Shown in pieces: positions 23,599-35,062 of a stretch of 64,000 nt of DNA. Each line of letters opens with the position of its first letter. Within the stretch, counting starts at the first letter, position 1. The DNA is from an uncultured Dictyoglomota bacterium (GTDB lineage Bacteria > Dictyoglomota > Dictyoglomia > Dictyoglomales > Dictyoglomaceae). The stretch covers positions 160,001 to 224,000 of the forward strand of contig CAZZIO010000040.1 of NCBI GenBank assembly GCA_964654465.1. Direction: 5' to 3'. The notes under the pieces were generated by a model, which saw nothing but the letters and a program-made list of their open reading frames with translations, was not told the DNA's origin and searched no databases. The position numbers and the translations under genes were made by a program.

Positions 23599-24317
23599 TG
23601 TACCACCCTCCTAAATACTTCCTCTAAATTTTTAGCATTGTATTTTTCCTTCAACTCTTCTGATCCACCTATCTCTAATATTTTTCCCTTGTCAATAAGA
23701 GCAACTCTATCAGAAAGAAACTCTATCTCCAACATATTATGAGAAGAAAGCAAAACAGATGTCCCTTCTTTAACATATTCTCTTATAATCTCTCTTATTT
23801 CTAAAGCATTAATAACATCTAAACCAGATGTAGGCTCATCCAAGATCGCTAGAGTAGGCTTCGTCATGAGAGCTCTTGCAAGCAAAAGTTTTCTAGTCAT
23901 TCCTTTACTGTATGTTCCAACTTTATCATTTAATCTATCTCCAAGTCCACTTATTTCTTTTGCTCTATTTAAAAATTCTTCTAATTCTCTTTGATCCTTA
24001 GCATAAAAAGTTGCCATAAATTTTAAATAATCAATACCTTTCATATTCTTGTAAGCTCCTGCCTCCTCTGGTAGATAACTAATATTTTCCCTTACAAAAT
24101 CAGGATTTTTTCTTAAATCTTTACCCATAAATGTGACTTTTCCATCTGATGGAGTAAGAAGAGTTGCGATTATTCTTAGAGTAGTTGTTTTACCAGCACC
24201 ATTTGGTCCTATCAAAGCAAAAATCTCACCCTTTTTAACCTCAAAACTAATACCTTTAAGGGCTTCTAACTTACCATAAACCTTTCTAAGATTCTCTACT
24301 TGGAGAATATTGTCCAA
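23595..24317 (-). CDS. ABC exporter ATP-binding protein (NatA-like)
   Basis: Likely TTG start at 24317 after GGGGGTG; GPNGAGKTT, YSKGM, ILDEPTSGLD, SSH. Confidence 0.9.
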   Translation of the reverse strand: MDNILQVENLRKVYGKLEALKGISFEVKKGEIFALIGPNGAGKTTTLRIIATLLTPSDGKVTFMGKDLRKNPDFVRENISYLPEEAGAYKNMKGIDYLKFMATFYAKDQRELEEFLNRAKEISGLGDRLNDKVGTYSKGMTRKLLLARALMTKPTLAILDEPTSGLDVINALEIREIIREYVKEGTSVLLSSHNMLEIEFLSDRVALIDKGKILEIGGSEELKEKYNAKNLEEVFRRVVQ

Positions 24318-24410
24318 AAATATCACCCCCAAACTAAATTTGTTTACTATGGGAATTATATCAATCAAATTTTAAAAAATCTATTAAAAATACGTTAATA
24401 CACATCTCAC

Positions 24411-24439
24411 TTGCAAAAATTTTTCATTTAGAATACAAT
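24411..24439 (+). promoter_or_regulatory. Promoter for fur-feoABC
   Basis: TTGCAA (24411-24416), 17 nt, TACAAT (24434-24439). Confidence 0.6.
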
Positions 24440-24480
24440 TTTTACTAGAACTAAGCTGTTAGCATAAGGAGAGACTTCAA

Positions 24481-24912
24481 ATGAATTTTAAAGAAAATTT
24501 GAAAAATAAAGGCATAAGATTGAGCAAACCAAGACTTATGGTCCTTGAGTTTTTTGAACAAAACAAAAAAGGACATTTTTCTATTTATGAAATTTATGAA
24601 GAATTAAAAAACCAAAATAAAAAAATATCTTTCACCTCTGTCTATAGGAGTTGTAAACTTTTAGAGCGTTTAGGATATATAAGGCCTATAAGCTTTGAAG
24701 AAAGACATATTCATTATGAAAGTAATTTAAATCCTCATATACATTTCCAATGTGTATCATGTGGGAAAGTAGAGGAAAAGGAATTAACAAATCCCTCGGA
24801 GATATCTAAGATAATAAAAACAGAAGATGATAATTTTATAGTTACATCAATAAAGATTCAAGCATTAGGAGTATGTGAAGAGTGCCAAAAGAAACAAAGG
24901 AGGGAATTATGA
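24481..24912 (+). CDS. Fur-family regulator
   Basis: G.RL..PR..VL, SVYR...LE..G, H.HF.C..CG, G.C..C. Confidence 0.9.
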   Translation: MNFKENLKNKGIRLSKPRLMVLEFFEQNKKGHFSIYEIYEELKNQNKKISFTSVYRSCKLLERLGYIRPISFEERHIHYESNLNPHIHFQCVSCGKVEEKELTNPSEISKIIKTEDDNFIVTSIKIQALGVCEECQKKQRREL

Positions 24913-25151
24913 TCAAAAAACTTATAGAATTAGAAAAGGGAGAAAAAGGAAAAGTAGTTAGTATTATAGGTGGCAAAGGAAAAATTTTAAGACTTGCAGA
25001 ATTGGGAGTAATCCCAGGAGAAGAAATTGTTCTTTTTCAAAAATCTCTAGGACCTGTGATAGTAAAAGTCAAGGATACTAATTTAGCTTTAGGTAGAGGT
25101 TTAGCAGAAAGTATTCTTGTAGAGGTAGAGAACCATGAAAAAGAAAATTAA
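24909..25151 (+). CDS. feoA: Ferrous iron transport protein A
   Basis: Start at ATG 24909 (ATGA overlap with fur); RL.ELG..PG, GP...V....LALGRG.A..I.V. Confidence 0.9.
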   Translation: MIKKLIELEKGEKGKVVSIIGGKGKILRLAELGVIPGEEIVLFQKSLGPVIVKVKDTNLALGRGLAESILVEVENHEKEN

Positions 25152-27108
25152 AGTAGGTTTAACTGGTAATCCCAATGTAGGAAAAAGTACTGTATTTAAT
25201 CAACTTACAGGATTAAATCAACATACAGGTAACTGGCCAGGGAAAACAGTAGAGAAAAAGATCGGATATATAGAAAAAGAAGATTATCTAATAGAGGTGG
25301 TAGATCTTCCAGGAACTTATAGTCTTACTGCTCAATCCCTAGAAGAACTTATAGCAAGGGAATTTATAGTAGAAGAAAAGCCTGATATCTTAGTACTGGT
25401 TTTAGATGCTTCCCTTTTGGAAAGGAATTTATATTTGTTGTCTCAAATTTTAGAATTACACAATAATGTAATTATTGCTCTTAATATGATGGATATTTTA
25501 GAAAGCAAAAAATATAAATTAGATGTAAAAAAGTTTGAAGAAAAGTTAGGACTACCTGTGATTCCCATGGTAGCAAGTAAGGGTAAAGGCTTAAATGAAC
25601 TTATAGAAAAGGTTATTGAGATTTATGAGAAAGATAATATTCAACCTACAAAAGTAAAATATTCAAAATTAGAAGAGACTATCAAAAGAATAGAAGATCT
25701 GTTACCTGACAAAATTCAAGAATACCCAAAAAGATGGGTAGCAGTAAAATTATTAGAAAATGATCCAATTATGATAGATTTATGTAAAAAGAATTTAAAA
25801 GATTGGGAAAAAATTCAAAAAATCATAGAAGAAAGAGAAGATAACCCTATAAGAGTTGCAACTGCAAGATATGAATGGATTAAAGAAATGTTAAAGGAAG
25901 TTATAGAAAAACCCAAAAAACAAGCAATTCTCTGGACTGATAAAATAGATGAATATGTTACTCATCCCATTTGGGGATTTGTTATAGCCCTTTTTATAGT
26001 AGTAACAATTTTCTATCTTACTTTCTCCATAAATAATATAATATCTATTCCTTTGGAAAATCTACTTGACATTATAGGAGAAAAGATATCAATCCTTTTG
26101 ACTTTTTTACCAGAATTTCTAAGAAACTTGATAACTAAAGGCATTTGGCAAGGTATTGCAACTATTCTTTCTTTTACCCCTTTAATTACTATATTCTTCT
26201 TGTTTTTAGCTCTTTTAGAAGATACAGGCTATCTTGCAAGACTTGCTTTCATAACTGATAGAATAATGCATAGTTTAGGACTTCATGGTAAATCTTTCCT
26301 TCCATTAGTGATAAGCTTTGGTTGTAATGTACCTGGAGTAATGGCCACAAGAACCCTTGAAGATGAAAAAGACCGGATACTTTTAATAATTATTGATTCC
26401 TTTATCCCTTGTGTACCAAGAATATTAGTTGCCTCATTCTTCCTTGGAATATTCTTTCCCCAATATGCCTTTTTACTTCTATTAACGCTTTATATTATTA
26501 GTTTCACTTCCATATATATAAGTGGCAAATTACTAAGGAAAAAGGTACTTAAAACTTCCATGAATCCTCTTCTTATGGAACTACCAATATATAAAATTCC
26601 AAGCCCTAAAATAGTATTTTTATATATATGGGATAAACTAAAATCTTTTTTCATAAGAGCAGGAACTGTTATGGCTTTACTTTCAGGACTAACTTGGATT
26701 CTTACCAACATTCCCTCTGGAAATATAGAGAACTCATTATTCTCTCAAATAGGCAAATTATTTTTACCTTTAGTCTATCCCTTAGGTTTCAATTGGCAAC
26801 TTACTACAGCCCTTCTTTCAGGATTTGTAGCTAAAGAAGCTTCACTTTCCACTTTAAGTGCTATCTATGGTCAAAGTGGAAATGAACTTGGTAATATATT
26901 GTTAAGAGAATTAAATCCCATAACAGCTTATAGTTTTGTAGTATTTCAACTCTTATATATACCATGTGCAGCCACAGCTGCTACAATCTATAAAGAAACA
27001 AATTCCATAAAATGGACAGTATTTGCTGTTTTTTACTCTTTTATCTATGCCTATATCTTCACTTTTATTCTCCATCATATATTAGTATTCTTATCAAGCA
27101 TTTTATGA
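25135..27108 (+). CDS. feoB: Ferrous iron transporter B
   Basis: GNPNVGKS, GNWPGKTVE, DLPGTYSL, NMMD, FGCNVPG, MELP.Y..P, LY.PC.AT. Confidence 0.95.
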   Translation: MKKKIKVGLTGNPNVGKSTVFNQLTGLNQHTGNWPGKTVEKKIGYIEKEDYLIEVVDLPGTYSLTAQSLEELIAREFIVEEKPDILVLVLDASLLERNLYLLSQILELHNNVIIALNMMDILESKKYKLDVKKFEEKLGLPVIPMVASKGKGLNELIEKVIEIYEKDNIQPTKVKYSKLEETIKRIEDLLPDKIQEYPKRWVAVKLLENDPIMIDLCKKNLKDWEKIQKIIEEREDNPIRVATARYEWIKEMLKEVIEKPKKQAILWTDKIDEYVTHPIWGFVIALFIVVTIFYLTFSINNIISIPLENLLDIIGEKISILLTFLPEFLRNLITKGIWQGIATILSFTPLITIFFLFLALLEDTGYLARLAFITDRIMHSLGLHGKSFLPLVISFGCNVPGVMATRTLEDEKDRILLIIIDSFIPCVPRILVASFFLGIFFPQYAFLLLLTLYIISFTSIYISGKLLRKKVLKTSMNPLLMELPIYKIPSPKIVFLYIWDKLKSFFIRAGTVMALLSGLTWILTNIPSGNIENSLFSQIGKLFLPLVYPLGFNWQLTTALLSGFVAKEASLSTLSAIYGQSGNELGNILLRELNPITAYSFVVFQLLYIPCAATAATIYKETNSIKWTVFAVFYSFIYAYIFTFILHHILVFLSSIL

Positions 27109-27353
27109 TAGAAAAAGTGCTCGAATACATTAAAGACAAAAGAATTATAAATATTGACAAGCTGAAGAAGGATCTTCATTTATCTGATGAAGAATGGGAA
27201 TTGATCCTTCTTCAGCTTAAAGATCTTGGTTATATAAAAAAGGAATCTTTATCAGAGAGTATAAAATGTTCCTCCTGTCCCTTTGCTAAATCTTGCTCTC
27301 AAGGATGTCTTCAATCTGGGATCTTATATTTTGTAAAACCTCATAAGGATTAG
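27105..27353 (+). CDS. feoC: FeoC-like winged-helix protein with Cys cluster
   Basis: Start at ATG 27105 (ATGA overlap with feoB): MIEKVLEYIK...L.QL...GYI...CSSCPFAKSCSQGC. Confidence 0.78.
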   Translation: MIEKVLEYIKDKRIINIDKLKKDLHLSDEEWELILLQLKDLGYIKKESLSESIKCSSCPFAKSCSQGCLQSGILYFVKPHKD

Positions 27354-28023
27354 GACTCTGAGTAATAGGACGTCCAATAACCAAATAATCAGCTCCTTTC
27401 TCTATTGCTTCTCTTGGAGTCATTATTCTTTGCTGATCATCAGTTTTCTCCTTTGTAAGCCTTATTCCTGGTGTAACAATAAGCATAGGACGCCTAAAGT
27501 TTTTCCTAAGTAATTCTATCTCCCAAGGGGAAGCTATAACGCCATCAAGACCTGTCTCTTGTGCAAGTTGAGCTAAAAATAATACCTGTTCTGGTAAAGA
27601 TCTGGATATTCCCCAACTTCTCCTAAGGGTTTCTTCATTGAAACTGGTTAATACAGTTACACCAAGAAGATAAGGATATTGTGTTTTATTACTCTCCTTA
27701 AATTGAGATACAACTTTAACTGATTCTTTTAACATATTTTCTCCACCAAGAATATGAAGAGTTATCATAAAAGGATCCAATGTAAGAAGTCTTTCAATAG
27801 TTCTTACGACCGTGTTAGGAATATCAAATAACTTTAAATCAATAAAAACATTAGTACCCATCTCTTTCAAGGCCTTTACCACATGAGGACCCGCTACGGA
27901 AAAAAGTTCAAGCCCAACCTTAAAATTTCTTACATGTGGTACCAAATTTTCAGCTATTTCTAAGGCTTTTTTCTCTTCAGGAAAATCAAGAGCTACAATA
28001 ATAGGATCAAATTTCTTAATCAT
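27286..28023 (-). CDS. pyrF: Orotidine-5'-phosphate decarboxylase
   Basis: IVALD, KVG.EL, DLKLFDIPNT, VTVLTS, VTPGIR, DDQ.R, GRPIT. Confidence 0.95.
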   Translation of the reverse strand: MIKKFDPIIVALDFPEEKKALEIAENLVPHVRNFKVGLELFSVAGPHVVKALKEMGTNVFIDLKLFDIPNTVVRTIERLLTLDPFMITLHILGGENMLKESVKVVSQFKESNKTQYPYLLGVTVLTSFNEETLRRSWGISRSLPEQVLFLAQLAQETGLDGVIASPWEIELLRKNFRRPMLIVTPGIRLTKEKTDDQQRIMTPREAIEKGADYLVIGRPITQSPNPYEVLQNIRSQIEDILESKI

Positions 28024-28941
28024 TTAATCAACCTCCCTATTAAAATGATGAGCTATTCCTATAACATCCTGAATTCTCTCATACTTAAAATAATCTTTAG
28101 CCTCTTTAACCAGCTTACTCCCAATCCATGGGTCTCTAAAATTAGCACTCCCTATCTCAACCAAAGAAGCTCCTGAAAAAAGATACTCTAAAACATCCGA
28201 GAAATTTACTATTCCTCCACATCCTACTATAGGAAGCAATTTTAACTCGTAGATTTCCCAAATATGCCTCAAAACCAATGGTTTAACAGCAGGTCCAGAA
28301 TATCCAGCAAAAACACGTTTAAAAACAGGACTTCTTTTTTTTGTATCTATCGCAAGCCCTAAGAAAGTATTAAAAGCTACAACAGCTTCGCCACCTGAGT
28401 CTTTTACTACCCTTACTATATCCAAAATATTTGGAGCCTGAGGGGTTAATTTAACCCAAACAGGCTTGTTAATTATCTCCACAACCTTTTTTGTTATAAC
28501 CTTTACCATATCTATATCAATTCCGAAGAGCATACCACCACCATCTACATTAGGGCAAGAAAGATTTAATTCCAAAACTGAGAAATTATAATCTCTAAGT
28601 TCTTTAGCAATCTGATAATATTCTTGTTCCCTTTCCCCTGCTATACTTATGATTACATGAGTATCCAATCTTTCTAAGTAGGGCATTTCTTCTTCGATAA
28701 ATTTTTCTAATCCAGGATTTTCAAGTCCTATAGAATTTAATATTCCGGCATAACATTCCCATATCCTCGGTGTAGGATTTCCTTCTCTTGGTTTTAATGT
28801 AATACTTTTTGTTACAATACCACCTAAAATATTTACATCATAAAACTTTGCTATTTCTCTTCCAAAACCACATGTACCTGATGCAAGTAGAATTGGATTC
28901 TTAAAAATTATGCTACCAACTTTAATTTTTAAATTATCCAC
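28024..28941 (-). CDS. pyrD: Dihydroorotate dehydrogenase B, catalytic subunit
   Basis: KNP..LASGT, GNPTPR, NSIGLENPG, ELNLSCPNV, VKLTP; GTG 28941 best placed relative to GGAGG. Confidence 0.92.
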   Translation of the reverse strand: MDNLKIKVGSIIFKNPILLASGTCGFGREIAKFYDVNILGGIVTKSITLKPREGNPTPRIWECYAGILNSIGLENPGLEKFIEEEMPYLERLDTHVIISIAGEREQEYYQIAKELRDYNFSVLELNLSCPNVDGGGMLFGIDIDMVKVITKKVVEIINKPVWVKLTPQAPNILDIVRVVKDSGGEAVVAFNTFLGLAIDTKKRSPVFKRVFAGYSGPAVKPLVLRHIWEIYELKLLPIVGCGGIVNFSDVLEYLFSGASLVEIGSANFRDPWIGSKLVKEAKDYFKYERIQDVIGIAHHFNREVD

Positions 28942-29689
28942 CGAATTCAACCTCCGATCCTACAATGATAGGTCCATCCCTACATACATGAAAATTGCGA
29001 CTTCTTCCTTTCAAAAAACAAGATAAACATATTCCTACTCCACATCCCATTCTTTCTTCAAAAGAAATATAAAGCTTATCCTTTTGATCTACTAAATGAT
29101 ATAAACTTTCGAGCATTGGATAGGGACCACAAGCAATTATCTTGTCAAATTCTAATAAGGAGGGTAAAAATTCTAATATCTTTCCTTTATTACCTACACT
29201 TCCATCCTCGGTAGAAATCACAAAATTATAGCTATATTTTTGGATATCTCTATAAATTTTCTCTTCCACATACGAAGAAAAACCAATGTAGGAATAGAAA
29301 ATCACATTTTCCTTAAAAAAATTAACAAGAAAATTCAATGGTGCTATGCCTACCCCTCCTCCAACAATAAGAACCTTCTCTCCTTGATTTAAAGAAGGAA
29401 AAGAATTTCCAAGAGGTAAAAGCATAGAAATTTTTTCACCAATCTTCTTTTTTGATAAAATCTCTGTTCCTCTTCCTATTTTCTGATAAAGAAAATATAT
29501 AAAATTATCTTCCACATTATAAAAACTCATAGGTCTTCTTAAAAAAGGATCATAACTTTCCTCAACTTGCAACATTGCAAATTGGCCAGGTAAAATTTCA
29601 AAGGTATCTTTTGGAAGTCTTACTTTCAAAAGATAAATCCTTTCCGCTACTTTCTCATTTTCTACTATTTCTCCTACTATCTCTTTCAT
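28934..29689 (-). CDS. pyrK: Dihydroorotate dehydrogenase electron-transfer subunit
   Basis: PGQF, LRRP.S, GGGVGIAPL, ACGP, ERMGCGVGICLSC...VC.DGP. Confidence 0.92.
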   Translation of the reverse strand: MKEIVGEIVENEKVAERIYLLKVRLPKDTFEILPGQFAMLQVEESYDPFLRRPMSFYNVEDNFIYFLYQKIGRGTEILSKKKIGEKISMLLPLGNSFPSLNQGEKVLIVGGGVGIAPLNFLVNFFKENVIFYSYIGFSSYVEEKIYRDIQKYSYNFVISTEDGSVGNKGKILEFLPSLLEFDKIIACGPYPMLESLYHLVDQKDKLYISFEERMGCGVGICLSCFLKGRSRNFHVCRDGPIIVGSEVEFGG

Positions 29690-30984
29690 CTAAATATCTT
29701 CCCTTCCCTATATACTAACCTTCCCTCTACAAAGGTCATAATAGGCCATCCTTTCAATCTCCATCCATGAAAAGGAGTATTCTTGCCTTTAGAAAAAAAC
29801 TTATCTTTATCAACTTCTTTCTCTGCTTCTATATCAATTATTGTAAGATTAGCTGGCACTCCTTCTTCTAAAGGAATAAATGGTAGATTAAGAATTTTTG
29901 CTGGATTATATGACATCTTCTTAAAGATTTTTAATAATGGAATTTTTCTTTGATGAAATCCATAGGTAACCATAAGAGGAATAGCTGTTTCAATACCACT
30001 GATTCCAAACTCTGCCAAATTGTACTCTATCATTTTCTCATCTATATGATGTGGGGCATGATCTGTAGCAATAACATCTATAATATCTGACTCTAATGCT
30101 TCCCAAAGCACTTCCTGATCTTTCTCTGTTCTTAAAGGAGGATTCATTTTAGTATTTGTATCATATCCACTTTCTTTAACATAATCCTCGGTAAGAACTA
30201 AATGATGAGGAGTAACCTCACATGTTACATTTATACCTTTTTCCTTTCCCCATCTGATCATTTCAACACTTTGCCAACAAGATATGTGGGCCAAATGTAA
30301 TTTTCCCTCTGTCAATGATGCAAGAAAAATATCTCTTGCTACTATACTAGCCTCTGCTACCCATGGCATCCCTTTTAATCCAAGGACTATAGCAGTTTTT
30401 CCCCAATTCATACTGCCTTCGGAGGTTAAGTTAGTATCTTCCGCATGTTCTATGATAGGAACATCAAAGGCCTTTGCATATTCTAAAGCACATCTTAATA
30501 CTTCACTATTCAATACACATTTTCCATCATCTGAAAAAGCTTTAGCACCTGCTAAAAACATATCTCCTATCTCTGAAATCTCTATACCTTCTCTCCCTTT
30601 AGTTATAGTTCCAATTGGATATATTCTTGCTAAACCTATAATATTAGATTTTTCATATATATACCTCACAATCATTCTGTTATCTATAGGGGGATTTGTA
30701 TTAGGCATACAAGCCACAGCAGTAAATCCACCAGCTACAGCTGCCATTGAACCTGTCTCCAGTGTTTCTTTCCATTCATAACCTGGTTCTCTAAAATGTA
30801 CATGCATATCTATTAAAGTAGGCACAACAACTTTATTCTTACCATCCACAATCTCCACATTTTGGTCCAAATTTAACTCTTTTCCAATACCTCTAATATG
30901 ACCGTCTTCTATGTATAGATCTCCAATCTCCTCTTTATTTTTATCTGTATGTAACAAAATAGCATTCTTAATTAATATTTTCAT
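29686..30984 (-). CDS. pyrC: Dihydroorotase
   Basis: [39 protein letters not shown]. Confidence 0.95.
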   Translation of the reverse strand: MKILIKNAILLHTDKNKEEIGDLYIEDGHIRGIGKELNLDQNVEIVDGKNKVVVPTLIDMHVHFREPGYEWKETLETGSMAAVAGGFTAVACMPNTNPPIDNRMIVRYIYEKSNIIGLARIYPIGTITKGREGIEISEIGDMFLAGAKAFSDDGKCVLNSEVLRCALEYAKAFDVPIIEHAEDTNLTSEGSMNWGKTAIVLGLKGMPWVAEASIVARDIFLASLTEGKLHLAHISCWQSVEMIRWGKEKGINVTCEVTPHHLVLTEDYVKESGYDTNTKMNPPLRTEKDQEVLWEALESDIIDVIATDHAPHHIDEKMIEYNLAEFGISGIETAIPLMVTYGFHQRKIPLLKIFKKMSYNPAKILNLPFIPLEEGVPANLTIIDIEAEKEVDKDKFFSKGKNTPFHGWRLKGWPIMTFVEGRLVYREGKIFR

Positions 30985-31903
30985 CTGACCTACCTCCCAA
31001 CATAAGATAAAGAAGCGCCATTCTTACTGCTACACCATTCGTTACCTGTTCATTAATCAAAGATAACGTACTATCGGCAACTTCTGAAGATATCTCTACA
31101 CCCCTATTCATAGGACCAGGATGCATAATTAAAACATCTTTTTTAGCCTTTTTTAAACGCTCTTCTGTAACTCCAAATAAAGCATGATATTCCCTTAAGC
31201 TTGGGAAAAGCCCTTTCTTTTGCCTTTCTAACTGAAGTCTTAAAATATATACAATATCGGCATCTTCAATAGCCTCATCTAAATTATATGTGACTTTAGC
31301 ATTTAAATAATGAATATCCTTAGGAATTAAAGTAGGAGGGCCACATACTATAACAGAGCTTCCCAGCTTACTCCAAGCATATATATTAGATCTTGCAACT
31401 CTACTATGGAATATATCCCCAACTATAGCTATCTTTAATCCATCAACTCTATTCTTTTTTTCATAAACGGTAAAAACATCCAAGAGAGCCTGGGTGGGAT
31501 GTTCATGCATTCCATCACCTGCATTTATAACTTTTGACTTTATGTTTTTAGCAATAAAAAGGGGTACCCCAGAAGAACTATGTCTAATAACAAATAATTC
31601 TACCCCCATAGCCTCTATAGTCTTAACAGTATCAAGAAGAGTTTCACCTTTCTGTATACTACTTGTAGATGTTGCAATACTTATAGTATCAGCACTTAAA
31701 TATTTTGCAGCAAGTTCAAAAGAGGAACGAGTTCTTGTGCTTGGTTCATAAAAAAGAGTACATATGGTTCTTCCTCTCAAAGTTGGTACTTTTTTAATCC
31801 TTCTATTCAATATATCTTTCATAGACTTTGCTGTTTCAATAATTAGTTCAATCTCCTCCTTTTTAAGTTCTTCAATACCTATTAAATCTTTTCTATCCCA
31901 CAT
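30968..31903 (-). CDS. pyrB: Aspartate carbamoyltransferase catalytic subunit
   Basis: Start at ATG 31903; [41 protein letters not shown]. Confidence 0.95.
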   Translation of the reverse strand: MWDRKDLIGIEELKKEEIELIIETAKSMKDILNRRIKKVPTLRGRTICTLFYEPSTRTRSSFELAAKYLSADTISIATSTSSIQKGETLLDTVKTIEAMGVELFVIRHSSSGVPLFIAKNIKSKVINAGDGMHEHPTQALLDVFTVYEKKNRVDGLKIAIVGDIFHSRVARSNIYAWSKLGSSVIVCGPPTLIPKDIHYLNAKVTYNLDEAIEDADIVYILRLQLERQKKGLFPSLREYHALFGVTEERLKKAKKDVLIMHPGPMNRGVEISSEVADSTLSLINEQVTNGVAVRMALLYLMLGGRSDENIN

Positions 31904-31905
31904 TA

Positions 31906-32566
<661 letters not shown>

Positions 32567-32574
32567 TTTTCCTC

Positions 32575-32605
32575 CCTTTTTAGCCTCACTGGGCTAAATT
32601 AAAGG
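32575..32605 (-). ncRNA. PyrR binding site (binding-loop RNA)
   Basis: Minus strand CCUUUAAUUUAGCCCAGUGAGGCUAAAAAGG matches the CUUUAA...AGUCCAGAGAGGCU...AAAG pattern of PyrR sites. Confidence 0.88.
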
Positions 32606-32613
32606 ACCAATGT

Positions 32614-32642
32614 ATTATAAAAAATAAAAGACTAAGTGTCAA
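32614..32642 (-). promoter_or_regulatory. Consensus sigma70/A promoter of pyr operon
   Basis: TTGACA (32642-32637), 17 nt, TATAAT (32619-32614); predicted +1 near 32607, just before the PyrR site. Confidence 0.9.
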
Positions 32643-32648
32643 TTAAAA

Positions 32649-33686
32649 CTAATGATTTATAAATTCCTCAACAATCTCTTTTTTACATGTATTTTGTAAG
32701 ATTTTCAGTTCATTAAATCTCTTATACAAACAAGAAAAAATAATAGCTATTGACTCATGTACACCATAAGTAGGATCTGGATCTGTTGCTTCATGTATTG
32801 ATATCTTTAATTTATGGTCATTAAGATAAAGAGAGATAAAAAACCTTTGTTTTAGGGAACCTTCTACTACGACAGTATCAATCAATATTTCATTTTTCCT
32901 TGAATAGAAACTTATATAATTAATTATCTTGTTATCCTTTTCATATATACCCTTAGGAAGAATGTTTAGAACTTCTTCTATTTTAAGATCTTTTTTTAAT
33001 TCCATAATTATATAAGGCATAATAATCTCCTCCTTCTTTAACTTCAAAAGAGGATAAAAATCCTTAATCCATAACGGCATCTCTATTGTTTCCAATTTTT
33101 TATAGCCTATATAATAGATGGGAAGCCCAATAGATATCCATTTTCTTGCATATTTCGTTTTATAATATTCAGGAAAATCGCTTATTATGCTTTTTTCCCA
33201 TAAAGGTTTAAAAACTCCTATTTTTTCAAAAATATCTACAGTATAATTAGCATAATCTAAACTATCTGTCGCCATAATAAAATGCCCTTCTATTTCTAAC
33301 CTATCTCCTAAGAGATAAATAAAAGCATCGTTTATAATTCTTCTTTCTTTATGGGATTTTTTTGGCCAAGGATCAGGAAAATTCATATAGACAGCCTTTA
33401 AAGATTGGGAGTTAAATAGTTTGCAGAGAGCTTTAGCTCCTTCTATTCTTACAATTCTCAGATTTTCTAAATTGGCTTTATTTACTTTCCTTTCAGCTTT
33501 TTTAAGAATTTCTTTGGATACATCTATACCAATAACGTTAATATGTGGATTATTTTGAGCAAGCCATATAGAAAACTCCCCATTCCCCATTCCAATTTCC
33601 AAGTAGAGAGGAGCTCTCTTTCCAAATATACTTTCCCAATCTGGAAAAAATCCTAAATCTTTCTCTTTTAATAATAAACTCTCCAT
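32649..33686 (-). CDS. trmB: tRNA m7G46 methyltransferase with C-terminal extension
   Basis: LEIGMGNG, NFPDPWPKKSH.ERR, ATD...YA, TKY.RK. Confidence 0.9.
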   Translation of the reverse strand: MESLLLKEKDLGFFPDWESIFGKRAPLYLEIGMGNGEFSIWLAQNNPHINVIGIDVSKEILKKAERKVNKANLENLRIVRIEGAKALCKLFNSQSLKAVYMNFPDPWPKKSHKERRIINDAFIYLLGDRLEIEGHFIMATDSLDYANYTVDIFEKIGVFKPLWEKSIISDFPEYYKTKYARKWISIGLPIYYIGYKKLETIEMPLWIKDFYPLLKLKKEEIIMPYIIMELKKDLKIEEVLNILPKGIYEKDNKIINYISFYSRKNEILIDTVVVEGSLKQRFFISLYLNDHKLKISIHEATDPDPTYGVHESIAIIFSCLYKRFNELKILQNTCKKEIVEEFINH

Positions 33687-33735
33687 ATTAAATGTTATGA
33701 TATACTAATTTATAATTTGTGAAAAGGAGGTTAAA

Positions 33736-34506
33736 ATGAAAGAAAAAAGAGAGCCGATAGTATTAGAGAATTTCGGACAAAAAATTTTTGGAGTCCTTCA
33801 TATACCCGAAAAAACACCTGCTCCTTTTGTGCTCTTTTGTCATGGTTTTACAGGTACAAAAGTAGAACCTCATAGAATTTTTGTAAATACAGCAGAAGCT
33901 CTTTCAAAAGAGGGAATTGGTGTATTGAGAATTGATTTTCGTGGTTCTGGAGACAGTGAGGGTTCTTTCAAAGATATGACTGTGGAAGGTGAAGTCTCAG
34001 ATGCTCTCATAGCTCTTGATTTTCTTAGACAAAATAATTTAGTAGACAAGGAAAGAATAGGTATATTAGGTCTATCTATGGGTGGAGCAGTGGCCAGTAT
34101 CGCTTCTGGAAGAAGTTCTATTGTAAAATCCTGTGTTTTGTGGTCCGCTGTATGTCATTTTGATATATTCTTTAACAGATCCCCAGAAGAAATGCAAAAA
34201 ATTAAAGATTACGGGGATTTTATCGATCTTGGAGGAAATTCTGTAGGTAAAAAATTTTTAGCTGAAATAGTAGGAATAAAACCATTAGAAGAATTAAAAA
34301 AAAGAATATTGCCTGTATTAATTATTCATGGAAGTAGTGATCCTGTAGTACCAGTACAACATGCCTATGATTATTACGAAGGAATTAAGAAAACTCATAA
34401 AGCCAAACTAGAAATAATAGAAGGGGCAGATCATACTTTTAACTCCATTGAATGGGAAAGAAAAGTCATAGACAGTACCTTAAAATGGTTTAAAGAGACA
34501 TTATAA
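33736..34506 (+). CDS. Alpha/beta hydrolase (esterase/peptidase-like)
   Basis: HGFTG, DFRGSGDSEG, GLSMGG nucleophile elbow, IHG..D, GADH. Confidence 0.88.
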   Translation: MKEKREPIVLENFGQKIFGVLHIPEKTPAPFVLFCHGFTGTKVEPHRIFVNTAEALSKEGIGVLRIDFRGSGDSEGSFKDMTVEGEVSDALIALDFLRQNNLVDKERIGILGLSMGGAVASIASGRSSIVKSCVLWSAVCHFDIFFNRSPEEMQKIKDYGDFIDLGGNSVGKKFLAEIVGIKPLEELKKRILPVLIIHGSSDPVVPVQHAYDYYEGIKKTHKAKLEIIEGADHTFNSIEWERKVIDSTLKWFKETL

Positions 34507-35007
34507 AAAGGTAGATATAATTTCTTCTTTTATTTCCTTAAAAACCAGATCTCTAGTTTCAGGAGTAAGATAATATGTTTTACCATATTTCTTAAATGCA
34601 GTTATAAAGTCCCTATGTAAAGATGCAATTATATTTTGATCACTATTTAAGATTTCAAAAATCTTATCTCTAAATTTACGAGATAAAAACTCCATTTTCC
34701 CTATTTCATCTATAATAAATATATCTCCTTTTTGACTAAATATATCCTCTATTATTTTCTCAAAACAATCTATATCTACAAAGTATTTCCCAAACCTATA
34801 AAGAGTAACATTATATACAGATGCAAAATTGACTCTCTCATTTGTTTTCAGTAAAATCATATCAAATCCAATTCTAAATTTTCCATCTCTAACCTCTTCC
34901 GTAACAAAACCACAAGTACTTATATTCCTTTCCCTACAAAAGGCATCAACCCTCTTAAGTAAAGTAGTCTTTCCAACTCCAGGCTGTCCTGTCACAAAAA
35001 TTTTCAT
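34501..35007 (-). CDS. THEP1-like nucleoside triphosphatase
   Basis: MKIFVTGQPGVGKTT, GF.TEEVR....RIGF, G.Y.VD, IIDEIGKME. Confidence 0.88.
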   Translation of the reverse strand: MKIFVTGQPGVGKTTLLKRVDAFCRERNISTCGFVTEEVRDGKFRIGFDMILLKTNERVNFASVYNVTLYRFGKYFVDIDCFEKIIEDIFSQKGDIFIIDEIGKMEFLSRKFRDKIFEILNSDQNIIASLHRDFITAFKKYGKTYYLTPETRDLVFKEIKEEIISTFL

Positions 35008-35062
35008 CCTTGATTCACCATTGAATCTCATAAGTTTTTGTATTATAACATAAAAGAGTTAA

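Noticed and set aside
30284-30781. Longer antisense ORFs (e.g. 30284..30781, 53077..53565, 41375..41737, 7876..8220)
   Set aside because: Fully nested antisense to well-supported genes, with atypical composition and no motifs
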